Made by a program: the position numbers and the translations under genes. This document shows, in pieces, positions 1 to 13,250 of a stretch of 64,000 bases of DNA. The stretch's first letter is position 1; every line of letters begins with the position of its first letter. The notes under the pieces are model-generated. The model made no database searches and was not told where the DNA came from. It saw only the letters and a program-made list of their open reading frames with translations. Source of the DNA: Geosiphon pyriformis uo1 (taxonomy: Eukaryota; Fungi; Glomeromycota). The DNA is taken from assembly GCA_016748015.1 (NCBI GenBank), contig JAAOMT010000682.1:4709-68708 (forward strand). The letters run 5' to 3'.

Positions 1-265
1 AGAAATTTTGATAGAGAAGTACCCAGAATTACTAGACAGTAAAGTTATTTGCAAGATTTTGATGGAATATTATCAAGCCGAATTGATCGAAGAAGAGGTA
101 TTTCAAGCCTGGATTGCTGGCGAGGAAAGCGAATCTAAAGATTTCAAGAGGACAGCCAACGTCAATTATGTTGACCCCGAAATCAACAAAGAAATTCGTA
201 ACAAGGCTAAACCTTTTGCTAAATGGTTGGAAGAAGCCGAAGAAGATGAAGAGGAGAATGAATGA
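1..265 (+). CDS. TIF5: 3' end of translation initiation factor eIF5 (W2/HEAT domain), 5'-truncated by window
   Basis: Open frame with KILMEYYQAELIEEEVFQAW and YVDPEINKEIRNKAKPFAKWLEEAEEDEEE (AA-boxes of W2 domain; YVD..KEIR.KA.PF..WL.EAEE is eIF5-like). Stop TGA 263-265. CpG retained, unlike flanking TEs. eIF2B-epsilon/BZW not fully excluded. Confidence 0.75.
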   Translation, partial: EILIEKYPELLDSKVICKILMEYYQAELIEEEVFQAWIAGEESESKDFKRTANVNYVDPEINKEIRNKAKPFAKWLEEAEEDEEENE

Positions 266-449
266 TTCAGAAAATAGATATGCACTTAACATCAAGAATA
301 TTACTATTTAGATTTTAACTGTTAGTCTTTTGAAAGGTTTCGCTAAGCTTTATTATTTAGCCATCTGTTATCATAATTCTACTTTTTTAATAAATTTTAT
401 TTTAAGCAAAGTTGAGTTGATTTCGAATGTAATTAGATTATATGGTTAT

Positions 450-2740
450 GTATGAGTATTTCAGATTTAATTTATATAATTCTAATTGAGTTATTAATAA
501 TTATTTTTTGAAAACAATTTTTTTATTGTAGAATTTTTGTTTTATTAATTTTATTAATAAATTTAATAATTAATTCAAGTAATAAATTAAGTTAATAAAT
601 ATTAAAATTATAATAATTAAATATATATATATATATTAAATAATTAACATATTTATTATTATTTCAAGTTTTTTATTATTATTTGTGTTAAAAAATGTAA
701 TACTTTTACAATTTATGTAAATTATTGTATTAAGATTAATTATAAATAAAATTATGTACTTTTTATATATAATTAGTTATTTAAATTTACAAAACTATAT
801 TTAAATTAACCAAAAAATAAAACATTATATAACTTAAATTTTTGCTATAAAAAATTAATTTACATATTTATATAATTGTATTATTAATATTAAATTTAAT
901 ATTAAGATTTTATAATTTTTTTAAAAATATTATTTTTAACATTTTTTATGCAAAAATTAAAAGTTATTATTAGTACTAATAATAAAATAACTAAAAAAAA
1001 AATATATAATTTTGGAATTTAAAGTTATTAAAAATGCTTAGTTTTTAAAAAAAAATGAATAAAAATATAAAATAGTTTGATAATAAAACTGGTTTTTTTT
1101 AAACAAGTTGTAATTTTATAAAGTAAAATAAATAATAAAAATAAAAATAATAAAAATAAAAATAAATACATAAATATTCAATTTAAAAAACAAGCTTTAA
1201 TACTAAAAATAAAAGCAAAATTTATAAAAATAATAAAAAAATACTTTTAAAACTACCAAAATTATAATTAAAAAAAATTGTAAAGCTTTTAGATAAACTT
1301 AACTTTAATAATAATAATTATAATAATATAAACATAATTTTTTTTTAATTATTTTTGTTAATTACTTTCTTAACCAAAAAAAATTTTTATTTTAAATATT
1401 AATTTTTAATAGTTAATAAAAAATTATTTTAAAAAAAAGTTACAAGTTAAAAAATAATTTTCAAATATAAATAGATTTGAAAAAACTTTTATTTTTTAAA
1501 ATTCAAGAAAATTATTAAAGTAGTATTTATATCTAAATTAAATATAAAAAAACTGTTTAGTTAACTAATAAAACAATATAATAGTTAATATTAATTTTAA
1601 AAAAATAAATTCAAATAAATTAGAAAATAATTATTAAAAAAAATTAATTTAAAATATTATAAAAAACTGTATAATTAGTGTTATTTAAATTTGATAAAAT
1701 TAAGTTAATTAATCTTTGATAAAAAACTGTAATAAAATTTATTAAATTAGATTAAATTAATTTATTGGTTTTAAAATAGTTGTTTTTTATTTAAAAAATA
1801 TAATACATATAGCTAAAACTAATATAATTAAAATATTAATTATAAATAATTTATTTATATATTCTTAAAATATAATTTCTTTAATAAAAAACTTATTAAT
1901 TTAAAATTTTTTTTTAAAAACAATAAAATTTGTTTTTTCCAAATTTATGTTAAAAAATTGACTTTTGTTAATTATTTAATTTTATTTTATAACAAATTTT
2001 AAACACAAATTACATAAAGTTTTTTTGTTAAAAAAAATAACTCATAAAACTAATAGAATTAAAGACATGTTTTTTTGATAATAATATTTAAAATAATAAA
2101 ATTATAATTTACTAAAGCTTAATTAATTTTATAAATATAATTATAAAACTAATTTTACATATAAATATATTTATTTTTATAATATGTTTTTGGTTAAGAT
2201 TGTTAAAAAAATTATAGTTAAAAAAATAATTATGAATTTAATCTTAAATTTATCAATTAATAAAACATATTTAAATTTTTCAAAAAAATTAAATTTAAGA
2301 AATTAAAAAATATTATAAATTTTATGTTTAAAATTAATGTAAATACATTAATAAAATTGTTTAATAATATTATAACTTAATAACCAATTTAATATAAAAA
2401 ATATTATATATAATATAAAAAAATAAACAATTTTACTAAGTAAAAAAACATTATAAAATAATATAAAAATGTAAATAATTTAATTTTAATTATTATAAAT
2501 ATTAAATTAAAAAATAAAACCAGATTATAAATTAAATTAAATACTCTATATAAAAATATAAACAAAATTCAATAATTTGTTTTTGGTTAATGTTTTAAAT
2601 ATTATTAATAACTTAAATAATATAAAAATATATATAAAGTTTTTAAATAATTAAATTTATAATGATAAAAATTTTTACATTAAAACTATTATTATTAAAT
2701 AAATAAAAATATTTATTTATAATAAAAACTATTTATCAAA
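450..2740 (+). pseudogene. Extremely AT-eroded remnant of a LINE ORF1 (same family as LINE-A)
   Basis: ~1460-1530 reads FSNINRFEKTFIF/KFKKIIKVVF vs LINE-A FSGVNGFGETSILSKFDRIIWTSF. ~1722-1800 reads KTVIKFIKLD*INLLVLK*LFFI vs KMIIELKNQNQTDFLASEWFILI. Differences are largely G>A/C>T. Outer limits approximate. Confidence 0.65.
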
Positions 2741-2989
2741 AGCAGACCTGTATCTGAGAACACTTATTATTTTACTAGGTGTTTTTTTAATATCATAAAT
2801 TTTGTTGGTTGAGATTCCAAGTGTGTAATTAGCACTGTAGATGATACACTATATGACTTGTTTAATGTGAGTAAGACATTTTGTGTGTAATATTTTGATA
2901 GTCAGTTTTGAGTTGGTTTCATTAGCTCTGTTTTTACATCACTTCTATCTTACTTCATAAAAGCTTTTTATTACTGTTTATTTATGGCC

Positions 2990-3943
2990 AAGTGAAAGGT
3001 TTTTGGTCTCTTTTTTTTACTGTTGTTAATACCTGTTGGTTGTAAATTCATATTTTCTAGAAGTGGTTGGATCTCCAATAACTGAATTTATCTTTAAATT
3101 ATCTCCTATAATTTAAATTGCTAAGCTTATAAGTGAAATGGCCAATTTTGTGCCAGTTACTTTGTGTAGTTATGTTGTAGTAAATATTAACTCTTTCCCA
3201 GAAATTGCTCATTTGAAAGCTCACTAAAAATGTGTAGTTATTTTGTTGTGAAAGTTAACTCTTTTACAGAAATCTCATCTGTAAGCTACCCTAATGATTA
3301 TGATAAGAAAAGTAAAAGAAAATAAAAGAAATGTAAAAGAAATAAGATTTTGTTAAGAAAAATGTTTTTTATTTAGGCCTGAAGTTATTAACAGATTATT
3401 GAAATTGGTAGCTAATCAATTTTAAAATGTTAGTTGGGTTTTTGTGAATTTCAAGTATAATATTTAAAGGTTTAGTTTTTCGAATATTTAATTTTTTTAT
3501 TTGATTTTATAAAAGTGTAAAAAATAATTTGTTCTAATTAAAATATCTAAAAGTAAGATATATTTTCTTAAAAAAAGAAGCTCTTTTTTTATATAACTTG
3601 TTGTAATATTAGTCTTTGAACTTGTATTTTTCTTTTTGCTCTAATTTTGGCAAACTAAAAATACTTTTTGGCAAAATACAAGTTATTTCCACAAACTATT
3701 AATTATTTTGGCCAATTTCTGCTAATTTTGGCAAATTTTCGAATATTAAATAGTTCAGAGTATTGTGTAATTTGATCATTTTAATTTTTATGATACAAAT
3801 CAAATTATTAATTAAATAATAATATTTGATAATTTGATTAAATAATAAGTAATAATAGAATTGATAATAATATATACTAATTAATAATAAGAATTATAAG
3901 AGTAATTTTATGCTAATTAATAGCTAAAATTCTACTAGTAACA
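2990..3943 (-). mobile_element. Solo LTR of E4 family
   Basis: Colinear with 24680-25611 and 54070-55045; ends ...ttctactagtaaca at 3943. Left end ragged, no clear TSD. Confidence 0.85.
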
Positions 3944-4199
3944 ATAATTCAAGCTATCCTAGTGTGCTGTGTATTTAATGTAAATTAGTTGAGAACTCTG
4001 ATCACACATTTTTTTGTGCTTATAATGTTAATACTAGGGAAGATTTAATTTTGTCAACTATTAAAACATAAAATGATTTGCTAAGTATTGATATCATTAA
4101 TAATAGAGTGGTCTGATCCTTGCATAAGGCTAAGTTTTTGGATCAATTATATATAGTACTTACTAAGGGCTTTGTAATAAAAGCATGAATAATTGATAC

Positions 4200-6080
4200 A
4201 ATATGGCTTATGAGTAGTGGTTCTAATAATGCTGATTTTGTTATTAAGCTGGTTTGGAGTTTTATTGAGGATCACAGATTTGCTATGAAACTACTGACTG
4301 TAATGGTGACTTTGGTATAAAAGAGTCTAAGAAGAAATCTGGTTCTAAGTCTGTTTTGACAGATTCTATTCTCAGAAAAAAATGAAAAAGAGTTGTGTTA
4401 ATGGGACAGATCATAGATAGTAATGCAATTATTTTTGATTCCAAAGTGCTGTCTTGTAGTTTGGTTAGCTTTGATGCTAGAAAGTTTGCTGATGGCAAGA
4501 GTGTCAATATAGATAAAAAAGTCTTGATTAAGAAAACTAACTTTTGATATGATAGTAATAATGATTTTGCTAGTAGAAATATTGATATAACACTTAAAGG
4601 GCCCAAATGTATTGTAACAAAGTATGCACTGGGCAAACCTTTAGCAAAAATTGATTATGATATTAGCAATAATAATGATAATGTTTTAAATAAGTCTATT
4701 CATCTTTTTTCTTCTTTTTTTTCTCTTAAACCTTTTGTTCAAATTTCTGTTTGTAAATTTTTTGCTTTGAACATTAATCTTGTGGCCATTGCTAAAAAAT
4801 CTTCTTAGAAGAAATTAAATTTTGTTAAAAAAATGTTCTCTGGTGTGAATGGTTTTGGAGAGACTTCTATTCTCTCAAAATTTGATAGAATTATCTGGAC
4901 TTCTTTCATTTTTGAAAAAGCAATGATGGTGGTGACTAAATTGGCCAATAATTGTGATGTTATAGTAAATACCAATCTCAAGTGCTCATTTAACAATTGT
5001 ACAAATTGGGCAATTGTTTTGAAAGAAATTTTAGTAGAAACATCTATTGAGACTATGTGTATCACTGTAACTAAATTTGGCATTATTAAGTTGATCAAGA
5101 TACAACTAATAGATCTGTGGCAAAAAATGATTATCGAATTAAAAAATCAGAATCAGACTGATTTTTTGGCTTCTGAGTGGTTTATTCTTATTGGAAAAGA
5201 TGTTGTTTGAATTGTCAGAGCTAATTTTAATAAACAGACATGGAACTTTAGAGATGAGTTTAGAGCTTTGCTCTATATACTTTTTATAAAAATAACTGCT
5301 CATAATATCTGAGAATTTATTGGCTCTATTGATGAGAAAACTTGTGTTATTGATCAAAATTTCATCAATTACAACTGTGCTTGCTGTGCTACTGTGTACT
5401 TTGGCTCTGAGTTAGATATGATAAATATGATAACTGTAATTTCAGTTATAAAAAAAGTTGGTTTTTGTTGGTCATGTCTTTTATTGACTGTATGTTCTAT
5501 TTGTAAGGTTTTGGATCACATGTTACTTGTTTGCAAATCTGTAGAGATGTCTTCAGCTTCAAAAAGTAGAAAAGCTCTTCTTTTAATTCAAAATCAATTT
5601 AGATTGGCTAAAATTTATGAGAAAAAGTTTGTACCCATCTTCCATTTTTTGGCTTTTGATAGTAAAACTTGGGCATTGGCAGTTGGCATTCTTCTATCAA
5701 GTGTGCTTTATGATAATAAGCCATGTCTTGGTTTCATCAATAATAGTAAACCTCCCTCTTCCATTGTGAACAAATTGGAAATACGTTTGGTCAATATTGA
5801 AAGCAGTTTTGCCAGCCTCATAGAACAAATTGGTAAGTTGGTTAAGAGGTTAAAATTACTTGTACTGGCAGTTTTCCAGCCTAGCCTTCAATGTTTGCTA
5901 TTAGTAACTCTCTATTACAGAATCAAATGGGCAATATAGTGATGAAAAAAGACTTGAGTAAGACCACTAGTGGTAAAACTGCTGTGGTTTTAGATTTGTC
6001 TGCTTTTCTAAGATAGTTAAACTAAAGAACATATTGAAAAGTTTCTTTGCTTTTGTACTAAGTCTGTCAGCTTGTTTTGA
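4200..6080 (+). pseudogene. LINE-A ORF1 (gag-like, CCHC knuckle)
   Basis: ORF fragments 4833-5210 and 5394-5939; CSICKVLDHMLLVC (C-x2-C-x4-H-x4-C) at ~5490-5535; lies directly upstream of the APE domain. Confidence 0.7.
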
Positions 6081-6125
6081 TAGTTTGGTTTTGGCTGATG
6101 GTATGCTTTCTTATACTTCTTTTCA

Positions 6126-9100
6126 ATAAGTAGTTTAGTCTGAAAAATTGCTACTTGTAACATTAGAAAAATAAACAATCTCGCAAAACAGGATAATATA
6201 ATTTGTTGACATAAAAATATAAACAATTTAATTTCTATTGTTACTAAAACTAAGTTAAGAAACAAGATCTATCTATGTATTATAAACAAATTTGATGATG
6301 TCTGAGTTTTTACTTCTGATTTGGATTCTGGTCATTTGAATTCTGGTGTTATAATTATTATAAACAATTCTTTGGTAAGACATATGTGTAAGATGTTAAA
6401 TGTTTCTGGCCAACTTTTTTTTATTAAGTTACTTTTTAAAAATAAACTTTTTGTTTCGATTTTAGGACTTTATGCTAAGACATTTCTAGCAGTTTGTTTC
6501 TTTCAAGCAAGTAATATCAACTTTATAATTACAAAGATTGTGAATAAGTTTTTTTTTTTTATTTTGAATGGAGATTTCAATGAGAATGGTTTATGTAGGT
6601 GTACTAGTTTTGAAAAATGTTTTGATCTAGATTTGGTCAATTTTTTGTCTGGTAATTTGGTTGTAAAAAGTTCTACATAAAAAAATTTGAGAAATGCTAA
6701 AAAAACTATTGATTATGTGTTTGTTTCCTTGATCTTAGTTAATACAATAGTGTGTTACAACATTTTCAACATTGGTGAATACTTTAATACTAATCACCAG
6801 GCTGTTTCTGTGTTGGTAGGTCTGAAAAGTTTGCTGGATGTGCAGTTAAACCTTTTTTGCAAACATGCAAATAGAGATCATTAGAAATTTGATTTTAAAA
6901 GTGCAGATAATATTAAATAGGCTAAGTTCAAAGAAGCTTTGGTGACAAATGCTGCTCTGTTTTCAGATGAGTTTATTGTGTCTAAAAAGTTCTCAAATTT
7001 GGACATGATGTGGAATGTTGTTTATAAGATGATGTGTCTGTCAACTAAAAAGATTTTCAAAAAAAAATGATTTAAGACCTATGATGATGTCTTTACTAAA
7101 GGGTCATCCAAATTTTACAAGCTGAAACTTTTGGTGTTTAAAATTGTTAAGGCCTTTCGGCTGGCCTTTTGTAATGAGTTTGCTTTGTTGTTAGTTAAGT
7201 AGAAGAGTTTTGATGCTATTAATGTCTCTGTGGTGATATCTTTTTTTCTTTCTGGATTTTATTTTGATGACATTAGATCTGTTTTGGCTAAGGTTAGAAA
7301 ATTTTATCACTCTTTTAAATTGTTAAAATTTAAGCTTGCTGAGGAATCTTAAATCAAGTTAACTATTAGTAAGAGAATAAAAAGTTTTGAGTTGAACAAA
7401 GGTTATACAATTAGAAGCATGCTAAAGCATTTTTTTTATAAAGTTGTGTTGGACCATCTGGTTGTGGATGATAAATTGGTTTTAGAACCCAATCTGGTTA
7501 AGTTTAAGATAAATGAGATCATAGAAAGCTGGACTAAAAAATGTGTGATGGTTTCTAATGTCTCTAATAACTGGTTTTACCAATACCAACCTCTGAATTA
7601 CATTTTTAATAGTGCTTTTTTAAGTGTAATGAGTTCAATTAGTTTTGATAATATGTATAGTGTAATCTCAAATCTGCTTGGTAAGAAAGCTGCTGGTTTT
7701 TTTGGCATCTCTAATCAATTGTGAAAACATTGTAACAAGTCAGTTTTAAATATGCTTCTAACACTTTTAAACTTTTGTTTGACATGTGAATTGGTACCTA
7801 CTCCTTCGAAAAAGGCTTGGGTTTCAATAATTTCAAAACCATATGAGTGGAAAAATGTTTTTACAAATACTTATTTTATTGTTTTAATTAAGACAACTTA
7901 CAAGATTCTTTTTAAAATTTTTTTGGACAGGATTTTTTTGGCTTGCAGCACTTTTGACATTTTTTGGGAGAATATTTTTTCTGTTTTAAAAAGTACTATA
8001 ACACAGTTCCCTATTATTGCCATTGATTTGGTAGTTGAAGATGCCTTAGAAAAAAACCAGAAGCTTTGACTGGTTTTACAAGATATGTGTAAAGCCTATA
8101 ATTCTGTTAGATAAGAGCATCTTAAAAGTGGCTTGATTAAGATCAAAATATGTAACAAATTTATTAGATTTTTTAGTGACATTTACAATGATTGTATTAA
8201 CAGGATTATGATTGATTTTGGTTTAACTAATAGATATTGGGTTCATGATGAATTGAATCAAAGGAAAGTTTTTTTGTTTTTTTTTTGGTGCATATTTTAT
8301 GACTCATTTTTGTGCAAGGTCAAGAGACAAGCACATGTGTGTGGTTACAAGCTGAATTTTCATTTTGTTTTCAGAACTAGATGTGTAAAATCTTAGACTG
8401 GGCTAACATTGTTTTTTGTTGCTGGTGCTTTTGTTGATGATACAATTTGAATTAGTAGTAGTCAAATAACCACACAGTATATCTTCAATGTTGCTAGTAA
8501 ATTTTTCAGAATTAATAACATTTCTATAAATAATAATAAGACTGTGGTCATCTCTATTAACTGCAGGGTTGTAAACTCCTTTTTATCTGTTAGTAGTACA
8601 CCTATTTTTGTTGCCAAAAAGGGGGAGTCTTATTACTATCTAGGTATTTTTTTGTTTTCCATAAGTTTGTCAAAGTTTAGCTTGGCTAAGACTTATTTGA
8701 ATGTCTGGTTTTTTACCAACCTTGTTTTGAGAAAAGCTATCTCTGATAAACAGTTTTTGTATTTGGTGTTAGCAGTTTTTTATTTTATTATAAGCTATAA
8801 AACTCAATTTAGTTTAGTTTCTATTAGTGTGTGTAATAAGTGGGACACTTTGATTTATAAAAACTTAAAGTCCAAATCTGGTCTACTATTCAATTTTTTC
8901 AATGATGTATTTTATCATTTTTTTTTCTATGGTTTAAAATCTTTTAAGCAAATTCAAATAGAAAGCAAATTGGTTTTTGTCATTTGTTTTACAAATCTAT
9001 TGGAATTTTGGGTTACTTGTTTGCACATAAATTACATAATCTGCAGATTTTTAGCTGGTATCTACACTACTCTCTGCTTTTTCCATCTTGTATTCTTGTC

Positions 9101-11688
9101 AATTTATTAAATAATTTCTTGGCTGGTCTAGTTTGTATTTTTTTGAAGTATAATCTGTTTTTAGATGGTCTTATGACCAATGCTTTTTGTTTTCAGGATA
9201 AAACTCTTATGTCTCTTGTTCTCAGTGGCCCTAAATATTTTAAGTATGTTTCTTTACTTCAACAGTATAGGATTGCTTTTGCTGAGCAGCTTTGCAACCA
9301 TGCTGGTACAGTTTTTGATTGGAAAATGTTCAAACAGTAAAAAAAATTGGACCCACGTGGTCCAGTTCCTAACTGGTTTGGGCTTTTTATTTATTTTTTC
9401 AATAATACAGCTTTTTTTTTGTTTGTTTTTCTCTTTCAATAGACATTGGTTTATCAAATATTTTTAAGTTTTGTAAGTTTGAAATCATTCATGACTGCTT
9501 GTTAGGTGTTAATGCTGGTTATTTTTCTGTCTATATGGATAGATTTCTTAATGGTTTGGGAACATTTAGCATAAGAACTGGTGTGGCTGTTTTTTTTAAA
9601 GATGTTGGTTTGAGTTTGGGTGTTAAGATTTCTGGTTTGGTGTCTTCTACTATAACAGAATTGCAGGTTATTATATTGGCACTCAAATGCATTCTTTCTT
9701 TTAGTTCAGTTTGACTTTTCTCAGATAGCCAGTTTGTTTTAGACACTTGCAAATCAGAATTGGACTTGTTGTATCCAGACTTTCAGAATCAGTATTGGGT
9801 TAAACATCATTATATTGTGGATATTATTCATAATAAGAATTTAAATATTAGTTGACATAAAGTGAAGGGTTATTTGAATGTTTTAAACAATGAACATGCT
9901 GATACTCTTGTGAAGACTGCTTTTTTCTCTAATCAGTATCTTTTTCATTAAATTAGTAAGTGTTACATCAAAGCTAGTAGTAATATTGTTTTTGGTAATT
10001 CTAAACATTTTGTACATGATATTTTTTGATCTATTTATTATGTGCACTGGAAGGTTAGTTCTGGTTTTTAAGTTGTGGTGGCCTGTCTGCAAGCTAATGT
10101 TGATTGGTTTAGATTATCTTTGGTGTGACATCCTAATTTCCATTTGATGGCTAGCTTTACTAGTAGATCTACTGCTGGTGCTTACACATATTTTATGAAG
10201 ACTTTGTATCATCAACTTCTTGTTGTTGTTCATAAGTATTTGTATGACAGATATTATTCAAGTGTAATGTGTTTGTTCTGTGGTGATGTTGAGATTTCGA
10301 ACCATGTATTTTTTTGTTCATTTGATTTTGCTGCTTGTGTTCAGTTACTGAATACTCATGCAGCTGAATGAAGAAAGCTTTCTGGTTTTTCTCTTTTGTC
10401 TTTATGTGTGTTATAACTGTTGTCTTTCTGTTTTTCTAATGTTGCTGTGTATGTAGCTCTGTGTAAGAGTTTTGTTTTTAATGATTGGTACTGGGAGTCT
10501 TTTTCTGTTTTCAAGGATTCTAAGATTGTAGGTCAAACAATTATAAACTTTGTGTACAAATTTTGCTTTATATTCCAGAATGAAATTTGGTTGGTCTGTA
10601 CTAAGCACCAGAGTTTTATAGAAAAAAATGGACTGATCTCACTCAATGGATCTATTTTGGTCTTAGTAGCTAGACTTTCTGCTGGTGTGATGTTACACAT
10701 AGAAAAAAAGAAAATAATACATAATCAAAAAAGAGAAAACCACATAATTATAAATTAGCCAATTAGAATAAAGAAAAAGAAAAGAGGATTTTTCAGGAAA
10801 TTTTGGATGTTTCAGGAAATCTAGAATGATACAGAAAATCTAAAATATTTCAGAAAAGTTGAGAATTTTTCAGAAAAATCTTGGATATTTCAGAAAATTA
10901 AAAATTTTGCAAGAAATTTAGCAAAAAAAAAAGATTTCTTGTGTAAAAAGAATTATGTATATATAGCAATAGCATTAGAAGCAAAAAAGACAGACTTTTG
11001 AGTTTAGATTTAATTTAAGCAACCTTTTAAATCCACAAATATCAATAAATAATTATTTAATATCTCACTCTAATTTCTACTATTAATATTTTATGTTGAT
11101 AATAATCAATACTTGACTACACTAAAACAATAGTTCTTGATTACAGCTATTGATGAAATACTAATTTGTCTTGGCTTAATTTTTTTATTTTTTTATTTTT
11201 TTTTTATTTTTTTTTATTTATTCTGTTTGTTTTCTTGTTGTTTATTAATTGATTAAGGATTAAATACTAATTAAATTGATATTATAGATAGTTTGATAAA
11301 AAACCCAAAGATAAGAGTAAAACACAGAATATATATAACTGATAGCTTACCAGAAGAACAACACTGTCAAAAGATTACCAGTCACCACACTAAGAAAGAA
11401 ATTTGATGGAATTACAATTCCAAAAGACTACTGAAAACAATTATTGAATCTCTGTTTATTATACAAAAGACTCAACCCAAAAAATTTCAAATATTACCAA
11501 CATTATTAAATCAATTAAGCACCAAGTTACAGGTTTGTTATTTGTTTTCAGACCCCAAATAATCATCTGTAACAGTGGTTAAGTTGTTGGGTATTGCTGA
11601 TGTTTTTGGTATTAGTTTTGGGCTATATAAATTCTTTATGTTTTTTTTAGGTTTAAGTAACATAATTTTAGTTTATATAGATGTTTAG
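6126..11688 (+). pseudogene. LINE-A ORF2: APE endonuclease - RT - RNase H - CCHC, interrupted by solo LTR 10691-11574
   Basis: KIATCNIR (~6144), KTIDYVF/TNHQAV (EN). LQDMCKAYNSV (~8077) and AFVDDT (~8427) (RT). VYMD..GVAVFF..STITELQ..FSDSQ..KVKG..NEHAD (~9525-9905, RNase H). CLFCGDVEISNHVFFC (~10270). Resumes VVKLLGIAD after the LTR; stop at 11686-11688. Confidence 0.9.
10691..11574 (+). mobile_element. Solo LTR (R-U5 related to E3/E5 LTRs) inserted in LINE-A ORF2
   Basis: TGTTAC...GTAACA termini; 4-bp TSD GTGA/GTGG; TATATATAG at 10958; host frame rejoins across it. Confidence 0.92.
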
Positions 11689-12209
11689 TGTTGTCTTGAT
11701 TAGCCTGAATGGCTAGTCATGTATAAAAAATGCATGATTTACACCTAGTTTAAATCACTTGTATAATGTATTATACTAAGCAGTATTTAGACCTTACTTG
11801 TTAAATAATAAAAAAATAATAAAATTATTATTAAATTTATTAATATATATTTATTAAAAAAACAGATCTTAATACTTAAAAAAAAACTTAAATATTAATA
11901 GTTTTTAAATTATATAAATAAAAAACATTTTAACAAATATTAAATTTATTGTTTTAATTAAAATTTCAAAAAAAAAATTTTCTAAAATTTTATTAAATTG
12001 TATTTTTAATAATTATAATAAGTTTAAAATTTTGTAAAAAACATTTTAATATAATTATTTATTTTTATTATTAGATTTTTAATAAAAAATACTTTAAAAA
12101 GAGTAAAAATGTTTAATTAATACTTTAAACTATATATAAAACATATAATTTTATAAGATAAATATACTTAAAAAACAGTTTTTTTAAAAATTGTTAAATT
12201 TTTTAGCTA

Positions 12210-13250
12210 TTTTTTTTTTTTTTTTTGGTTTAACAAGTATAATCTAATTGCTATTTAGAAATATACAACATATATGTATTATAAATTAAATATAATTCAC
12301 ATATTTACTATATGTGATCAGCCACTTGGGCTAATTAAGACTATATTACAAATCAACTACTACTATTATAACATATTTCAAACCTAAAAATATTAAATAT
12401 TTAGATTGCATATTAAAATACATTTTTCTCTATACTAAGTAACATAATTAATTTGTTATTCAATTTGCTTAAATTACTGAAATTACAAAAAACCATACTA
12501 TTATTAACTATTATTATATCTTCTCTTTTTATTTTGGTTTTATGTTCAAATCTGTGACATTATATCTTAAACCTGTAGACTAATGTTAAATTTTTTACAA
12601 AACTACTATCTGTAAACTTGTCATTTCAAAATTGCCAAACACAGTTAGAACTTTGTTGTACTAACTTTTAAGTATAAAACTCTTTACCAAAACAGTATGC
12701 AAATTATTGTTATAAATACAAAAAAACAAATCTTAAAAAATCATGAAAGTAAAAACAGTCATATTTGGTAATAATGCCTAACATGTTCTAAATTCACACA
12801 AAATCTTACTCTAAATAGTATTGTTACAAAAAGACTTGAATGTATAATCTAAAGTTTTAATTTCATTACAAAATAAGCATTTTATACTCAAATATAATGT
12901 ATTGTATAAGTGTTTTCTAATAGCTATTAACAGACACTTATGTAAAGTCTTTATAAAATAAGTGTGCAAAATAATCAAAAAATTACTTATAAAGCCAGAA
13001 GCCATATGTTTATCAAAATATTAAATCTTTATAGTCTTTTTCCAATTTATCTTACTAATATTACAAACATTTCATCTTAAATTCAAATCTATTTTTTCAT
13101 TTAACATAACACAAAGTTCTGTAGAAATCTCTAATATAATAACAAATATTGTAGAATAAAGTCACATTATCTATTCATATAAAAAACTCTTGAACTATAA
13201 TAAAAAGACTGAATTAGAAGAGCATACTTCAAAAACAAGTATATTAATAT
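12210..13250 (-). mobile_element. LINE-B segment 1: poly(A) tail, 3' UTR and ORF2 C-terminus
   Basis: Poly-T 12210-12226 = tail. MASGF...YFIKTLHKCL...CLFCNEIKTLDYTF is homologous to LINE-A 10144-10320. Confidence 0.85.

Larger units (their letters stand above)
2741..11820 (+). mobile_element. LINE-A: degenerate APE-type non-LTR retrotransposon (ORF1 + ORF2 with EN, RT, RNase H, CCHC)
   Basis: See ORF features. 3' UTR 11689-11805 is homologous to the LINE-B 3' UTR and ends cttgttaaa + A-rich tail. 5' start inferred from GC step at 2741. Confidence 0.8.

Noticed and set aside
32-311. Overlapping ORFs 32-295 (-) and 114-311 (+)
   Set aside because: Shadow frames of the eIF5 CDS with no recognisable motifs.
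450-2740. Organellar insertion, centromere core or sequencing artefact
   Set aside because: Colinear residual homology to LINE ORF1 explains it.
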